The notes beneath the pieces are model-generated. The model was not told the DNA's origin. It worked only from the letters and a program-made list of their open reading frames with translations, and searched no databases. This document shows, piece by piece, positions 49,901 to 63,481 of a DNA stretch of 64,000 nt. Each line of letters begins with the position of its first letter. Position 1 is the first letter of the stretch. Origin of the DNA: Haplodiscus bocki (lineage: Eukaryota); the NCBI GenBank assembly GCA_965655095.1, contig OZ296659.1, positions 45,260,001 through 45,324,000 of the forward strand, given 5' to 3'. A program made the position numbers and the translations under genes.

Positions 49901-52899
49901 TTTTTTTGACGCAGATCGCTGCGTCATTTCCCGCTTACTCGCGGTTTTTTTTGTTTTACTGTCTATTCTTACTGTCGTACTGTTTATTCTTCTGTATTTA
50001 CTGTCTGTCGACCCCCTCAAGCTGAACCGAGTGTCATCGCTTAGTCTTAGATTTAAGGTATTTTTGGTAGTCGGAGCGCAAGTTTAAAAAAATTCAAGTG
50101 CTTAAGCTCCTGTATGTACACATGCGCAAGTGGACTATTTTTGCGATCCGTTCATATTACACTGAAAACACCACTGTCGGTAATTTACACAAATTTTTAC
50201 ACTAGAGTGTACACTACAGTGTAATTTTTTGTGTAAATTTTTGTGTAATTTTTTTGATCTATGTTTATGTAAATGTGGAATTATTTATACACGCTTTCAT
50301 ACATCTATTCAAAAGAGCAGACGGTTGAATACGTGTATATGATTGTATATCCGTTACGCGAGACGTTAGTCGAGCATCCCACGAGCTTCGTAGAAGCGAG
50401 TCAAAAAAGGCGAAGCTCGAAGAGCTGAGCAATATTATAAGCGAGAGGCGATGTTAGCTGAAAGCGAACGAGCCGGTGAATGAGCGCAGCGAATGAGCGA
50501 GCGGGTATAATGTCGGATTTGCTACTGGCTTGAGCGCTAGCGAAAGTTAGTGGCAAAACCGCATTATACTATATTATTTCCGTTGGCTTTGTCTTTAGAA
50601 GCTTTTTACAACTAATTAGTCAAGCTTGTGACTGCTCGAGATTCTTCAGTGAAAAAGTGAGAAAAGTACAATCTATTTACTAATTCAGTGTAAATCACTC
50701 GATTACTCGAAAGAAAATATACGTTTTATGAAAAATGGAGCAAAAGACACGAGTAAGGCAGAAAATCGTGAGAAAAAACATAGTTAACAAGAGTTCAAGA
50801 CATTAGACCCTAAAAATTTATAAAAGTAGAAAACTTGATGAATAGGAACTAAGCAAAACTACCATCATGTCGAAAAGGTGCAGACATCAGACGCAAAGAA
50901 TGGCCACCATTTCAAAAAGGCTAAAAACAAGATGCAAATGAATATGATAAAGTTGAGACACAGAAGCGGAGATGTGCTTCGCAACACTTGTGCCAACGAG
51001 ATTTTGGTCAAGAAAGCGAAGGAGTGTCACTGATCATAAAAGGAGCCATAATACGGAAGCTACTGAAGAATTAAACTCAAATTTAATCACCTCAGTTTTG
51101 TCTCATATATTTTTATACAAGTGAAACAAGTACCAACGAGCATAGCAGTTAAATCGCCTCAAATCTAACTGAAACATGCGCGCACGCAGTAAAATACGCC
51201 ACCTGAACTAATTTCTTCTACTGAGCGAGAGTGCCTGAACAAATTTCGTAAAAAGCCAGAGCGAATGAATAAAATCTGGGCAACATTAAATTTTAGGCAC
51301 AAATGCGAATTGTGAATAATTTTGTTTTTCTTTTCAATGTTGACAAATATCAGAGCGCTTCTGCTCGTTTCTTGTGATTGACTGAGTATTTATCCACCGA
51401 ACTTGATTTAACGCCAACCTCGTTAAATTTACGTTTCTGACGTTTTTTTTGTGTAAAATAGGATAAAACGAGATTTCAGACTCACCAGGGCTATGCCACG
51501 CCCTCGATGAACCGACCAAAAACGCTACGCGACGGTGGCTTTTCGAGGGATTCCAAAAATACCGGTGCCATACCTAATTTTCTCTAACAGTGAAACGAAG
51601 CTTCCATTTTTTTAAAACCAAGTTTACACAAATAGTTTTTGTCATAAATCCCAGTCATCTTTCGCCCCTCCACCACTCCAATAGCAGCTAAGTGTGCCAA
51701 ATTACCGTGTACGTTTCATCACGAGAGTGCAGGGGAGGCGACTTTTTGACGGACGGCTTTGGTGTCTTTTCATGCGTCTTCTCGCATTTTCTGTTGAATT
51801 CACAACTGCACAGAATTTGTTCATCTGATCTCGCTTTGTTGCAAGTGTTTCTTCAAACCTCATCCATGGCTGTCGAATGGTTGTTCTTGTGTGCTGGAGA
51901 ACAACAGCGTTACATTTCAGACGTCTGGAATATATCCAATTGAGAAATTGAAAAGCTCAATAATTTAGTTGCCTTTCTTGAAAAAACAAAATTTCGAATT
52001 GCATTCATCCGGCTCAAATTCGATCTCGTGCTTCCTCAAGTGTTATGGAGTGGCAGGGAATAGCTTTTTCTTTTTTGAGGATTTGTTTGACCTGAAATTG
52101 AAAAATCAACGTTTTTTACTACCGTCGCTCCTTGTATGTTTTTCTGAAGAACTGGCGATCGCTTTTGGTCCTCACAGTCCTTTTTGAACTACCCGCTGCC
52201 TCTAGCTTCTGATGGGCTGCCGGGGTGGTCTTCAACGTTCAGTGCGAAACATGTTCTTGTGTCCTAAAAGTCTTTTTCTTGGTGGAAACTAGTCGAGTTG
52301 GGTCCATCCTGTGTGGATTCAACTACTCGCTTCCGTGAGTTTCTGATAAACTGCCAGAATGGTCTCTATTAACTTATATCGCGAAACACCGTAACCTGTG
52401 TTTGGAATATGGAAAATCTTTTCTTTTTTGTTGAAGGTGTTTGAGGACTAACATTCGGATTGGATCCATCCGCCTGATTCAACGTTTTTCCATCGGTGTG
52501 CGGCCGGAATTGCAGCTGTTTTTTCTTGTATGCATTGAATATTTGTTGGTCACAAGTTTTTTTGCGGGTGCTTCGAGTGCTGATTCTTCTGCAAAAAGAT
52601 GCGGACGTCTTTTCTCAACTTTAATGGGCAAATACCGTTGACGCATACTTGTGCGGCAAACCATTTTAGCTTGTAATGGGCGAACCTGTGAAGTTCTCAT
52701 TGTAGTCTTTCCTCAGAAGCATTTTTCTCAGAAATTTTTCAAGGCAGTTTTCCATATAGGTTTTTTCGATTTTTAGGACTCAAAGGTCCTTCAGAACGCC
52801 GAAATTGGTCTGTTACTTGTGTTTTCGATCAAATATAGTGACATCTACTTCGATCCAGTTTTTTCTTGTGCCATTAATTTCTTGTGGAAATATTACATT

Positions 52900-55800
52900 G
52901 TTGGTCAAAAGTACTATCGGTGACTAATGATCAAATGTCCCTTACTGCGCTTCGATCAACCAAAAAATGGTTGTTCTAATCAATTAGTGTTTAATCGGTT
53001 AGTTATTGAATGTGCAGCAATATCATCACCATGAATTTCCTGGCTTTCGCGAGTTTTGGTTGTAATTATCCATTATGTGGAAGACATTATAATGACTGTC
53101 AGCAGAAAATCTGTTTCGTGTCACGCGCTTTTGCAAAGCACAGCTTCGCCTCAGTGTCTGAGTTCTTAGCGCTAAATGCCAAGGGCCGTTGATGTCGCCT
53201 ATGTTTTCATTCTCCAGAAATTACACATGAGGTTCACATTTTTGGACCTTGGCATGAAGACACAGTGCAGAACAGCTACCGTCTCGTATACCAGAAGACG
53301 GTGCCTCGCTGTTAGATAACCAGTTTGTCTTCAGAGCCTTCTTCTACATGCCGTTTGTTTTTGTTTCCAAGCCAGCAAACCGCCAGCCTAATATAATCGA
53401 CACTTGTATTCTCGTAGCATGCACAACTCGCACAAGATGAATAGTAGAACGCGTTTCGCTCTCCTCCTCCTGGGCTTCGCTTTTAGCCTCGGATTTGTTT
53501 TTGCTCATTTTCTTGGATCGAATCGTTCCTTTACGTCTTTAGAAATCCATAGGGACAGCAACAATTTGAAAATATGCCTTTACGTTGACTCTTCGCGGCA
53601 CGCCACAGGAGATTCCTGTTACAAAAGTCGCTTTCCCCGTCAATTGAAGACTATACTGCTTAGTGACAACCATCAGTTGATAAAAGTTTTCGAAAATCTG
53701 GATTTTCTGGGAAATAGAATTCATCGAGCTTTCCTTCTTCTTGTAACATGAATTTCGAGAAGTTTTCAGTCGTGTCTCCTTTCAAGCTCGAAGAGTTTTT
53801 CTACAATTCCATCATTTGTTTCGCTTGGATTGAAGTCGTCCAGTGGCCAATCTTCAAACCGTCAGTTGGAAAGAGTTGATGGAGGTTCAATGCTTCAGTC
53901 TGAGGCACGCTGGCATGTACTTGCCTCAGCTCGACTTTTTCGAACAAGCCAGTGTAGTTTTTCGAAACGTGTCAATCGCATCTCCGGGCACGTTTTCAAA
54001 AGGTCTTTCAGGACCTTTGATATGTACTCCTCATTTCTTAAATCTGTATTGACAAGTCAGAATGTAATGTGAAATCTGCTTTACCTCTTTGTTCATAGTT
54101 GTAGTTCTCGAATTCTAGCGTTTAGAATGTGATCATCCAGTGTTCCTTGACACAGCTGCATTATGTGGAACTTAAAGTGTCATATTCCTGCTGACATGAA
54201 ACATTTTGACTCATTTTTTCAATCCATTTTTTTACTTTAGTCTTCCAGACTTATTTTCCTCGGAGATTTTGCTGTCATCAGATGCGTGTTTTGCTTTCTG
54301 ATAAATAGATTTCTTTCGAAGAGCAATATTTTCCAGTTCCTTTTCTTAACAAGCATTTCTGTTGAAGAGAACTTCACGAGAAAATTGGGCTGTATTCCCC
54401 GGTAATCGATGCCCTTTCTCACCTGCGTCCTGGCTGTTTGGGAACCACAGGTTTGCCTTTCTCTGTGTCAGAAACTTGTTACTCTTCTGCGAAATTTCGA
54501 TAAATTATTTTTTCTCGAATGTTTTCTTATTACCTGAATTGAGGACTAGTTTTTTCTAAAACGAACTTTTAGTTTTTTCCTCATTCGAACGTACTGATCG
54601 TGTTTTTTCCAGGACTTCAAAATAACACAAAATCAAATCGAAATGTTCGTAGTGGAACATTTCGTTGTATAATCCGTAGTCGGAGAATTCTAACTCGATT
54701 TTCAACCTCTTGTCTTTTCAAAAGCTACTGGTTGGTTTTTATCAACGATGGTCTCCTTCGGCAGCTTTGATATGTAGTTTTTTTCTCAAAACTTTTTTGG
54801 CGGTTTTCTTCTCGCATCAGAACGCTGAGAACAGAGCCAAAAAATAATTTGTGGATAATTCTCACGAAATTCGAACTCGTATCTGTCCTAAATTACCAAC
54901 TGTGTTTTTTCCATCACCACCTCCTTCGACAGCTTTTTGTAGAATATTCAGTTGTTCAATAAAAAAAACAAGGTTGGTCTTCTTTGCATGGGACTCCTGG
55001 TGGTTCGATTACGAAAATGGTGTTTGTCGCGATTGTGTTCTATTATCCAAATACTTTATCTTATAGAAAACCCTGCATATATCTTCCATCGAGGTCTGTA
55101 CCGACAGGTTTGTTTTTAGTTTTTTCCTAGGAAAATCAAGGGTTTCGTTCCTGCGTGGGAATGTAGATAAGCTGGACTTGCTGAAACTACAATTTGTCTT
55201 GATTATCCTCATTAATCAAAATTATTCTCGAAAACTACTTGATGTGTTTCATCCAACAATGTCTCAAGCGAAAGCCTTGTATTGTCAAAGTGTTATTCCA
55301 ATACATGTTTGACGGTTATGTTCTCATCAGAAACCTGCTGAAACTAGAAAGCTGGTTCTCTCAAAAGGCTCGATGAAATTTTTCCACCAAGATTTCACTC
55401 GATTAGTTTCTGTTTGAAATGGGTTCTCTGATAATTTTAACTTCGGTTTTTTGCTTCGGATCCCTGATGCGGCCAAGTGGCGTGAACATGCAATTAGTTC
55501 TGATTTTTCTCTAATCAAGTTTCTCTTTCTTCACAACTACCAGCGCTATTCATCCCACCTGGTCTCAATCGACTGCTTCATTGTAGAACGCGATTGCACA
55601 TTACAAAGTAAGGGTTGTTTTCTGCATGGGAATCCGCATATGCCGAAAATGGGAAACTGCGTTTCAAACTACTTTTCCTCCAGGGCTACCGGCTGTATTT
55701 TTGTCTGGAAGGTTTCAATTGGCGGCTTCCTGTTTTTAAAACCGTCGGCGATGAAGTTTCGTAGTAGATTTTGTGTTTTCATCGTAACCTTGAGAGGTCG

Positions 55801-56400
55801 ATGATAGAAACAGCCGAATTTTTGAAGATTTTCTCTGAAATTTCAACTCGTTTCATCCAAAATAATGGGCTGTTTTCCTTCCTCAAGTTTTTTTCGGTCA
55901 GTGGTTGTTCCAGGAGAGATATAAGATGAATAGAACTTTGGTTTTTGTTTCTTGCAGTTATCAGCTGCTCGTGTGAACCTCCAAGCAGCATTGGATTTTT
56001 GTCGTTACAAAATAATCGCTAAAAGACATGGGTTAGTTTTCAAATCTTTCTTTGGATTTGCGTACAAGCATTATGCAGCTTTCTCGACAGAAAATATCGC
56101 AGCGCTGCTGCGTATAATGCTAAACATTGGTTTGAAAAAATAAACAACAGCATCCTGAAAGGTCATGTTTGATAAACCAGTTTCAGAATGAGGCCTTGCG
56201 GTAGGTACTACATCGTTTTTGGTGTTTTAAAATAGCAATTTGCTTAGATTTTTGGTTTGTTCTATGGCGTAATTTAAACTGACATTATTGACCAATTGAA
56301 TGCCTGAACCGGACAGTGATATCTACTTCTCGCATTTCAATTTCAAACAAGCATTTGAAAGACAGCTTTTGTTTTAATTCTGAGTGTGTCATTCACGTCT
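52900..56400 (-). pseudogene. Degraded protein-primed PolB of element B
   Basis: SAYAD (YADFE), SDYGLY...LILCYFE, FENFYQLM (motif B, ORF 53539-53724) and AKA (KAKGV-like), in order. Confidence 0.5.
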
Positions 56401-58739
56401 GCAATCATGGTTTCAGATGTCTCGGTCTCTTTGATATGAACTGCTTGACGGACCTTGATCTTCATGAGTAGTCAGAGGCTGTCAGTTGCACTAATAAGTG
56501 AGCAGAAGTGGGGGGACAAAAAAGACGAGGTCTGCAAGCTGCATTCGAACCTGCGCGGACGGAATGGAAAAGTAAATACGGCTGGCGGTCGTATCCGCGC
56601 CGCCACGCGAGCTATTACTCGGCGGACCGGGAATCAGTGAAATCCGTCACCGTACTGTCGTTGCACCCGGTCAGAGTCGTTGACGTATCGCTAATGAGAA
56701 AAGCAACTCCATTGGTTGGTCGAAAATTTCTTGTTCGGGACTTCTGTCAATCATTACGAGCTGAGAGCTAACAGAAGCAATATTGAAAGTTGAAAAAGTG
56801 AATCTAACAATGAAAACGAAGCTTACAAACTCACGGAAGAAATATGAAATGAACGTCGAACAAGTAAAGAAAATCTGGACCCAACCTCTGGAATTATCGA
56901 GTGGTACAGATGCGAATAGTTCTCCAAACCTTTCAACAAACTTGTTCCAATGTTTCGAGGTTGGCCTGAGTGACAACTCACCGACAATTTTTTCAATGAT
57001 GGACAGTAATGAAATCGAGACAATAACATTTGGAACATCTCTATTGGACAAATTTCGTGAGAAAGGGATTGTAGCACACGCAGAGCCATCACAAAAAGGC
57101 TGGTACGTTTCGTGTGTACCGGAAAGAGTTTAACGAATTTCACTTCCCAACGTTGAAGCTTCAGGAAACGCTCCAACTAATTGGATTCATGTGAAAAATT
57201 TCAGAGAGAATATGTGACAGATGAATTTTCACCATTTGAATATTCTGTCGATTTGGGAAATGTGCAGAGTTCTATCTAATTTGACGAAGTTCTTGGTGAA
57301 GCCAGGAGGTGGTTTTTCAATGTTTTGGAATCACAAGAGTCCTTGAAGAAGAAAGAAATGGGGACATCAGGTCAATTACAGTTTGCTAACTATCCAACTC
57401 CTCTGGGGGACCGAGAGACTATTGACAAGTTCTGGGAGTTATGTCAAACAGCTAGACGAAAATTGTGTGCATCTGTCACTGCATATGATGAAGGAAATTT
57501 CAATCTTTCATATATTCAATTGAAACTCGTTACACGAGCGGGAGTTCGGACAACTTCACACGAAGAGGCGTTGTAAACATCAGAGTTGGAGAGATTGACA
57601 GATTCTTAAAATCGCATGTTGAGTTTTTAGTGAGCGAAACTTCCAACATCAACAAAAAATGAGTTCCTCTACAACTATTCCTTCAGTTTTTGTGTAAACT
57701 TCCTTATGAATACTTCGAATTCTTATTTTCCGCCTTGTTCTAAATCAATTCATTTTTTGAAATTCGTTTTCATTGAAGTTCTCGATAGTATGATACCAAA
57801 TGAGCCAAGAGAACTTGAGTTTTGTCTTTTTTGCACACGTACAGTCTTGTAAAGTTCATCACCGGAAAGGTTACACTTTTTTTCTGCATAACTTGCCAGA
57901 TTTCGCGCATTTGCAAAAAAGAGTTGACGCGACTCAGTTTAATAACAATCCCTCCGAATATTGATCGAATCAGTTTGATGATTTGAATACATCACGTTCC
58001 TTCTTTAGAGAAGGAAAATGCTTCAGATCCAACGTTTGCTAAAATTCCTACTGAAAAGATTACTTCCTCGCGGCTGGTAAATGTATCAATCCTCCTGTTG
58101 GCTTGCATGATGTTACCTTGAAGACTTATTTCGGTCGTCTCATCGGAGTGGATGACTCTGAACTCGAACGTATATTTTCTTTCTCAAAAATTATGCTGAT
58201 GCTCTAATGAGGGACCCAGTTACTTTTATATGTTGGCAACACTCTCTCCAGAATTACAATACATGCTACCTGGGACATGCCACGGGCATTTTCTATTGTT
58301 GCTTCCTGAAAGTCGTTGTTCGTGATTTTTTTGAGTTTCCGATGTTTCGTCTTGGCAAGACCTAGAATAAGTTCAAGTCATTTCCAAATGAAGAAAGGTA
58401 GTTTCCAGTCGGTCAATCTTGCTGAGTATGCAAAAATAACCAAGTCGAGTTCCGCGAAATCTTGCTAAGGAGATAGTTTTCAACACTGCTTGTGGAGAAC
58501 ATCCGCCTTAGAGCGTATGTGGACGGAAGTGTTCCCGATCAGCGAGTTTTTTTTTGTATTTTAAAGTATTGTAGTTTTTATTCTGATCATTTCCTCCGTA
58601 GTTTGGATCATTCTTTCAAGCTGCGAGAAGAAAACGGTTTGGGAAGCGCTGTTAATGAGTGGCTAATATGCTTATGGTGTGTTTTATTCTTCCTATACCA
58701 AGATATTAGTTCAGAATTGAAACAAAGCTTTCCCAACCA

Positions 58740-59480
58740 AAGATCGAGTGTTCATGCCCTTGGTTAAACGAGCAGCATCTGAAAAGTCCTTTTCGCTTTT
58801 TCAAATGTCAAAAAGGGGAACTTTTTTCCCAGACTTCTACAAAATTTTTTAGTTCAATTAGTACTTCCAGAAACTGTACACTGAAATGCAAAAAGAAAGG
58901 AGCAATTTTGAGCCCATTGGTTTTCTAGATTTTGATTTAATCGACAACATTCCGAAGGATAGAACCAACAATCTAGTCGTTTTCGGCGACTCTTGCGACG
59001 AAATTTCTAGGTTTGAACAATTCGAGAAAATAGCTAGGAAGACATCGGAAACTCAGTTGCATCTATTTGAAACATAACTTGTATCATAAAAGTGCAAATG
59101 GAACGGACACTGAGTTGCAAAATACACACTTTGTGCTGTTCAAGTCACCAGGCGATTTTCAACAAATTGATGTACTAGGAAAAGAACTTAGATTGGGGAA
59201 CAGTTCACGGATCTGGTGTGCTGGTGCTACATCGATTCCATATGGTGATTTGATGATTGATTCTTGACCAAAAACAAACGATGTGTTACGCCTCTGTACC
59301 GGTGTTTCCTCATTCCCGTCTAACTTTTATTACCGAGCAGTAGGTCAAGAATAACAGATAAATGATCAAAAATCTGGACTACTTTATTCTAAGGCGCTTT
59401 CTAACTTCCAACAGAGAATTCCAGAGATTTTTTCTGAGATTTTGTTGCAAAGTTTTCTTAGGTTTCTCTGAGTGTTGTAA
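58740..59480 (+). pseudogene. Packaging ATPase of element B
   Basis: Decayed Walker A (LVKRAASEKS), LVVFGDSCDEI (Walker B), KHNLYHKS...ELQNTHFVLFKSPGDFQQI, PYGDLMID. Confidence 0.88.
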
Positions 59481-60139
59481 AAATCCTCTACAGAGAAATC
59501 TCAAAGTTATCGGGAAGACTAAAGTTTTTTGATTGAAAAACATAGTTAGAAAGCTGGTTTCCAAAAACACGTCTTGAAAAGCTCGTCGTTTCCTATTGGC
59601 TTCGCAAAAAGGAGTCTACTCTTTAACATTGTCGATAACGCTGTATTACAAAAATTTTCAGAATCGATAGAAATGGGAAGCGATAAGTTTGTACCATTTC
59701 TACTACACCTATGGGAACAGGGAACATTGATTTATCCTTCAATTGACTGGTGGAGATGCTAGGATGCATTTTTTCAAACGCAAGCAACCGATTGACCTTA
59801 TCTTTATAGGAAAGAACTTAATTGCATCTAAAAAGTACGAATGATACGTTGTCCACCGACTCAGAAAGGTCGGTTGAAAGAATACCTTCTCATTGCATTT
59901 AGAAAGAGTTCGAATGCAAAAAAATAGAATTCTGATTTTTTGAAAAAAGCTATAACTTTCTCACTCGGTAATACAATTGTTTTGAATAACATTGACACGA
60001 GTGCTTTCAAGGGTTTTCATTCGTATTTTAGACGAAAGATTGGAAGCTTTGATCAAAAATTTTCGATAATTCTGAAAATGACTCGCTCTGTAGCTTTAAC
60101 TGATGATGACAACAGTTGGCTGTCTTTTTTTTCTGAGAC

Positions 60140-61030
60140 TCTAACTTCTAAGTTGAATAAACTGTACAGAAGTGGTCCAGCACTTTTTAGATGTTCGAGA
60201 ACCTTAGTTAAATTGAGTGGACTGTCTCGTGTAAAAGTCAGTCGTTTCCTCGCCAGTAAACCTTCTTATATGAAATACAGTAATCGACGACGTAAATTTC
60301 CGAGACTTTAAGTGAACGATAAATGGTGTATGGACTTGGCACAAGTTGACAAACTTTCGTAATTGTAATGCGAGCTGCCTTGTTGTATCTGTGGACGTTT
60401 TCTCTCGCTTTGTCCGAGTTTTGCCGATGAGGAATAGGAACGCTGAGACTAACAGAGCAGCATTCATCGTTACTTGTTCCGAAAGAGGAAACAAGCTTAT
60501 ATTTCCGACAAATTTGTGGACGAATAGAGGAAAAGAGATATTTTTTAATTTTCGAGACTTCTGTCAAGATGCTGGAATTCACAAATACCATACTTTCAGT
60601 GAGTCGAAAGCTTGTTTCCCTGAACGTGCCCTTAGATCTTTGAAATCTATGATTTACTAGTATCTGGAAGAAAGACAAATCGATCGTTACCTTCCAAAAC
60701 TTCACAACAACTCTTAACAACGTGTCAACCAATCCACAGGTTTACCGCCTGAGAGAGTACACAATGAAGTCATGGAATTTTTTTTGTTTGTTAAGAACTA
60801 GCAAACCTCCTTCCTTGAAATTTGGAGAATTTGTTCGTAACGCGGAAGTTTCTACGTCGTTCACTGAAGGATATTACCCTCAGTTCACTGGCGAGATCTT
60901 CAATAGACATAAATTATACACATAAAAAACGGTACCTAGAGTTTCATTCGAGCTGGAAAAACTGAACGGGAAAAAGTCCTAGGTAAGTTTTTTGGTGAAG
61001 AACTTTCCAAACAGTTTTCTCGAATTATAG
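60140..61030 (+). pseudogene. rve integrase of element B
   Basis: LYRSGPALF, RRKFPRLKV, WCMDLAQVD, VSVDVFSRF, WTNRGKE, ERALRSLK, KFGEFVR, GYYPQFTGEIF. Confidence 0.92.
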
Positions 61031-61044
61031 CCAATCATTTAGCG

Positions 61045-61835
61045 ATGAAAACCTTTTTTTTTGTTGACTTGCATTCCCCCGCTTCCAAATTCTGGCCTCA
61101 GTACTCAATTGCAGCCTTCATCAAATTTTTACCCGTTCAAATTAATCTGGACGGAGAATGGGAAGTGGCTTTAACTGAAATTTGTTTCCCTTCGAACTTT
61201 TCAAATTTACTGAAGGTAAATTTTGGAATTAGTGCCTCCAAAGGGGGGAAAGTTTTAGATTCAGAAATTTACCTTCTTTCCCTACTATCCAACAATCAAG
61301 TCTATTATCTCTTCAATGTTCGCAAAGGTAGTCGCTGGCTCGCATTTCCACAAGTACCACGAAATGGAATCCAAAGTTATTGATATTTCAGTTGATACCA
61401 TTAGTCAATGGGTCTTCATCAAAACGATACCTGGTTCGACATTATTTGTGGACAGTGAAGATTTACAACACACTTTCGGCTTTATGACTTCGAATGAGTC
61501 TCTTGAGGTTGATGATAATCTTTCAATCTCTCGGTTCGTTCATGATTTTCACCTCTTCCATTCAATAGTAGTTTTTACGGATTTCATCGATGATACTTTT
61601 TTTGGCAGATTTGAAAGTGCCTGTATTGAAGAGTTTTCCGATTGATAAACTTCACTCTGACACCACACAAGGGCTAATATCAAAATTTTTCCTGGATCCT
61701 GAGTTTTGGAGAGTCCTCATGCACTCATCTCATTCAATACCTGTTGACCTTAGATCCCACAGTGGTGAACTAATTCCTTTCTTCTCTATTGGATATACCC
61801 ATTCATCTCTCCTTTTCAGGAGAATGCAGAAATAA
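61045..61835 (+). pseudogene. Minor capsid (penton, single jelly-roll) protein of element B
   Basis: FLPVQINLDGEWEVALTEICFPS; HSIVVFTDFI; DLRSHSGELIPF...LLFRR; frameshifted. Confidence 0.85.
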
Positions 61836-61882
61836 TGTCAGTCACTGACTACCCCTCTTTTCATTTCTTACACTACTCTTAA

Positions 61883-62244
61883 ATGGCTGGTTATACAAAC
61901 CTCGGTTTTTTTGAGGTACTCCTAGACAAAGAGGAAGGGGGTTGGAAGCTTTAGCCGGTACGATTGCAGGAGCAGCTTTTCCTATTTTTCGGAAGTATGT
62001 TCTACCGGCTGCAAAAAAACTAGGGAGGGACGCAATAGAGAGTGCTCTTCCCGATTTGGGGGTTCCTCTGGCAGATCCTCGATCAAGAAAGTGACTAAAA
62101 GAACAGCAAAGAAAACCGTGAGAAAGCAGCTAGGTGGAGAGAAAGAGAAGAACAGGAATCGAAAAAAAACGGAGAACGAGGCGAGGCGTTAAATCAAGAA
62201 ACAAGCAACAGCGTAGTCGGGAACATTTTTTCAAAAACATGTAA
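61883..62244 (+). pseudogene. Small basic QRGxG core/maturation-substrate protein of element B
   Basis: PRQRGRGLEALAGTIAGAAFPIFRKYVLPAAKKLGRD...KKTVRKQLGG followed by an R/K-rich tail. Confidence 0.75.
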
Positions 62245-62246
62245 TC

Positions 62247-63481
62247 ATGTCAGCTCCTCGATCAAAGACACACTTTTCTTTGGACCTATTTGGTTGATTA
62301 CCAATTTGGGAACCATTTGATTGTTCCAGTACCCAAAAAATTTATGGTGCGATTTTCCTAAATGAAGCTTATTTGGAATTCCAGTTCGAATCGAACAGAA
62401 ACATGATTATTGATTTGCAGGAAAGTTTCCTGTTTTTGGAAGTTAGACTTAGTGACGAAAACGCAGCGTTGAAAGCTGCTGATGATGCAATGTTTGTCAA
62501 TAATAGGATGCACTCTTTTCTTCAAATTCCGAGGTTCATTTTAGTAATGAACAAGTTTTTACTTCCAATGGTCTCTCTGCCCATAAAGCTTTCGTCTTCA
62601 ATGAATTTTCTAGTACGAATGGAATCAAGAGTTTATATTGTGCATGTCATGATTTTGGGTACGACCAAGATCTGACACCATTTGGAGACGAACCCTTCTC
62701 TCGGAATGCAGAGAACGACGAAGTTTCCTTTTATGGGAAGTTAGCCATTGATTTTTTCACTCGAGATAATTTCTTACTCCCCAACGTCAAAATCCGGTTT
62801 CTTTTGGTTCGTATCAGAGTAAACTTCTATCTCATCACGAATCAGATCAAGAACTTTTTTTGCTCCATCCTCCAAGCTTCCCTTTTTACACGACAAGTTG
62901 CAATTGAGGATCGCATTTTCAAAGACTTGCATAGCTCGGTGCAGCATCGTCTAGCTCTGTATAACATCTCCGAAGTGGAGAAAACATTTGTTATACCGAT
63001 TGGGCAAAACCAATACATTCATGAGAACATCTTCTAACAACGCTCCCATTAGACAATAGGTGATTCCAATGAATGCCAACACGGCGTTCACTGGCTCAGT
63101 CAGAACCAACCCTTTCCATTACCAACATTCAAATCTTCAACCAATTCGGACAGTATGAGGTAGTCATGTTGTTGTGTATATGCATACTACAGATAATGTA
63201 AAGTCTTACATCACTATCATGAGAGCTTTAAGGGTTGTTGAAGATGGTCCTGGCATCCCCTTGGAGAAATACCCTCATCGCTTCAGTCAAGTGTTTGATC
63301 TCACTTCCACTCAAAAAGCACACGTTCAGAATCATTACCATGATATCTGATATCGCAGCCTGTTTGAAATTGGTATTGTTTTTTACGTCCCCACTTCCTT
63401 CAGCGACAGATGTTGCTGTTTTCGGAGAAGACTGAGGACTATTTTCGTAGATAAACTGGGACTATTGTGAAAAATGGATAG
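62247..63481 (+). pseudogene. Major capsid protein of element B
   Basis: SLDLF, LEFQFESNRNMIIDLQESFL, FVNNRMHS, ENIF, NTAFTGSVRTNPFHYQH, VFDLTSTQ; several stops and frameshifts. Confidence 0.88.

Noticed and set aside
50100-52900. Left TIR of Polinton B
   Set aside because: No AGTAGT-like terminus or inverted partner could be found within the window.
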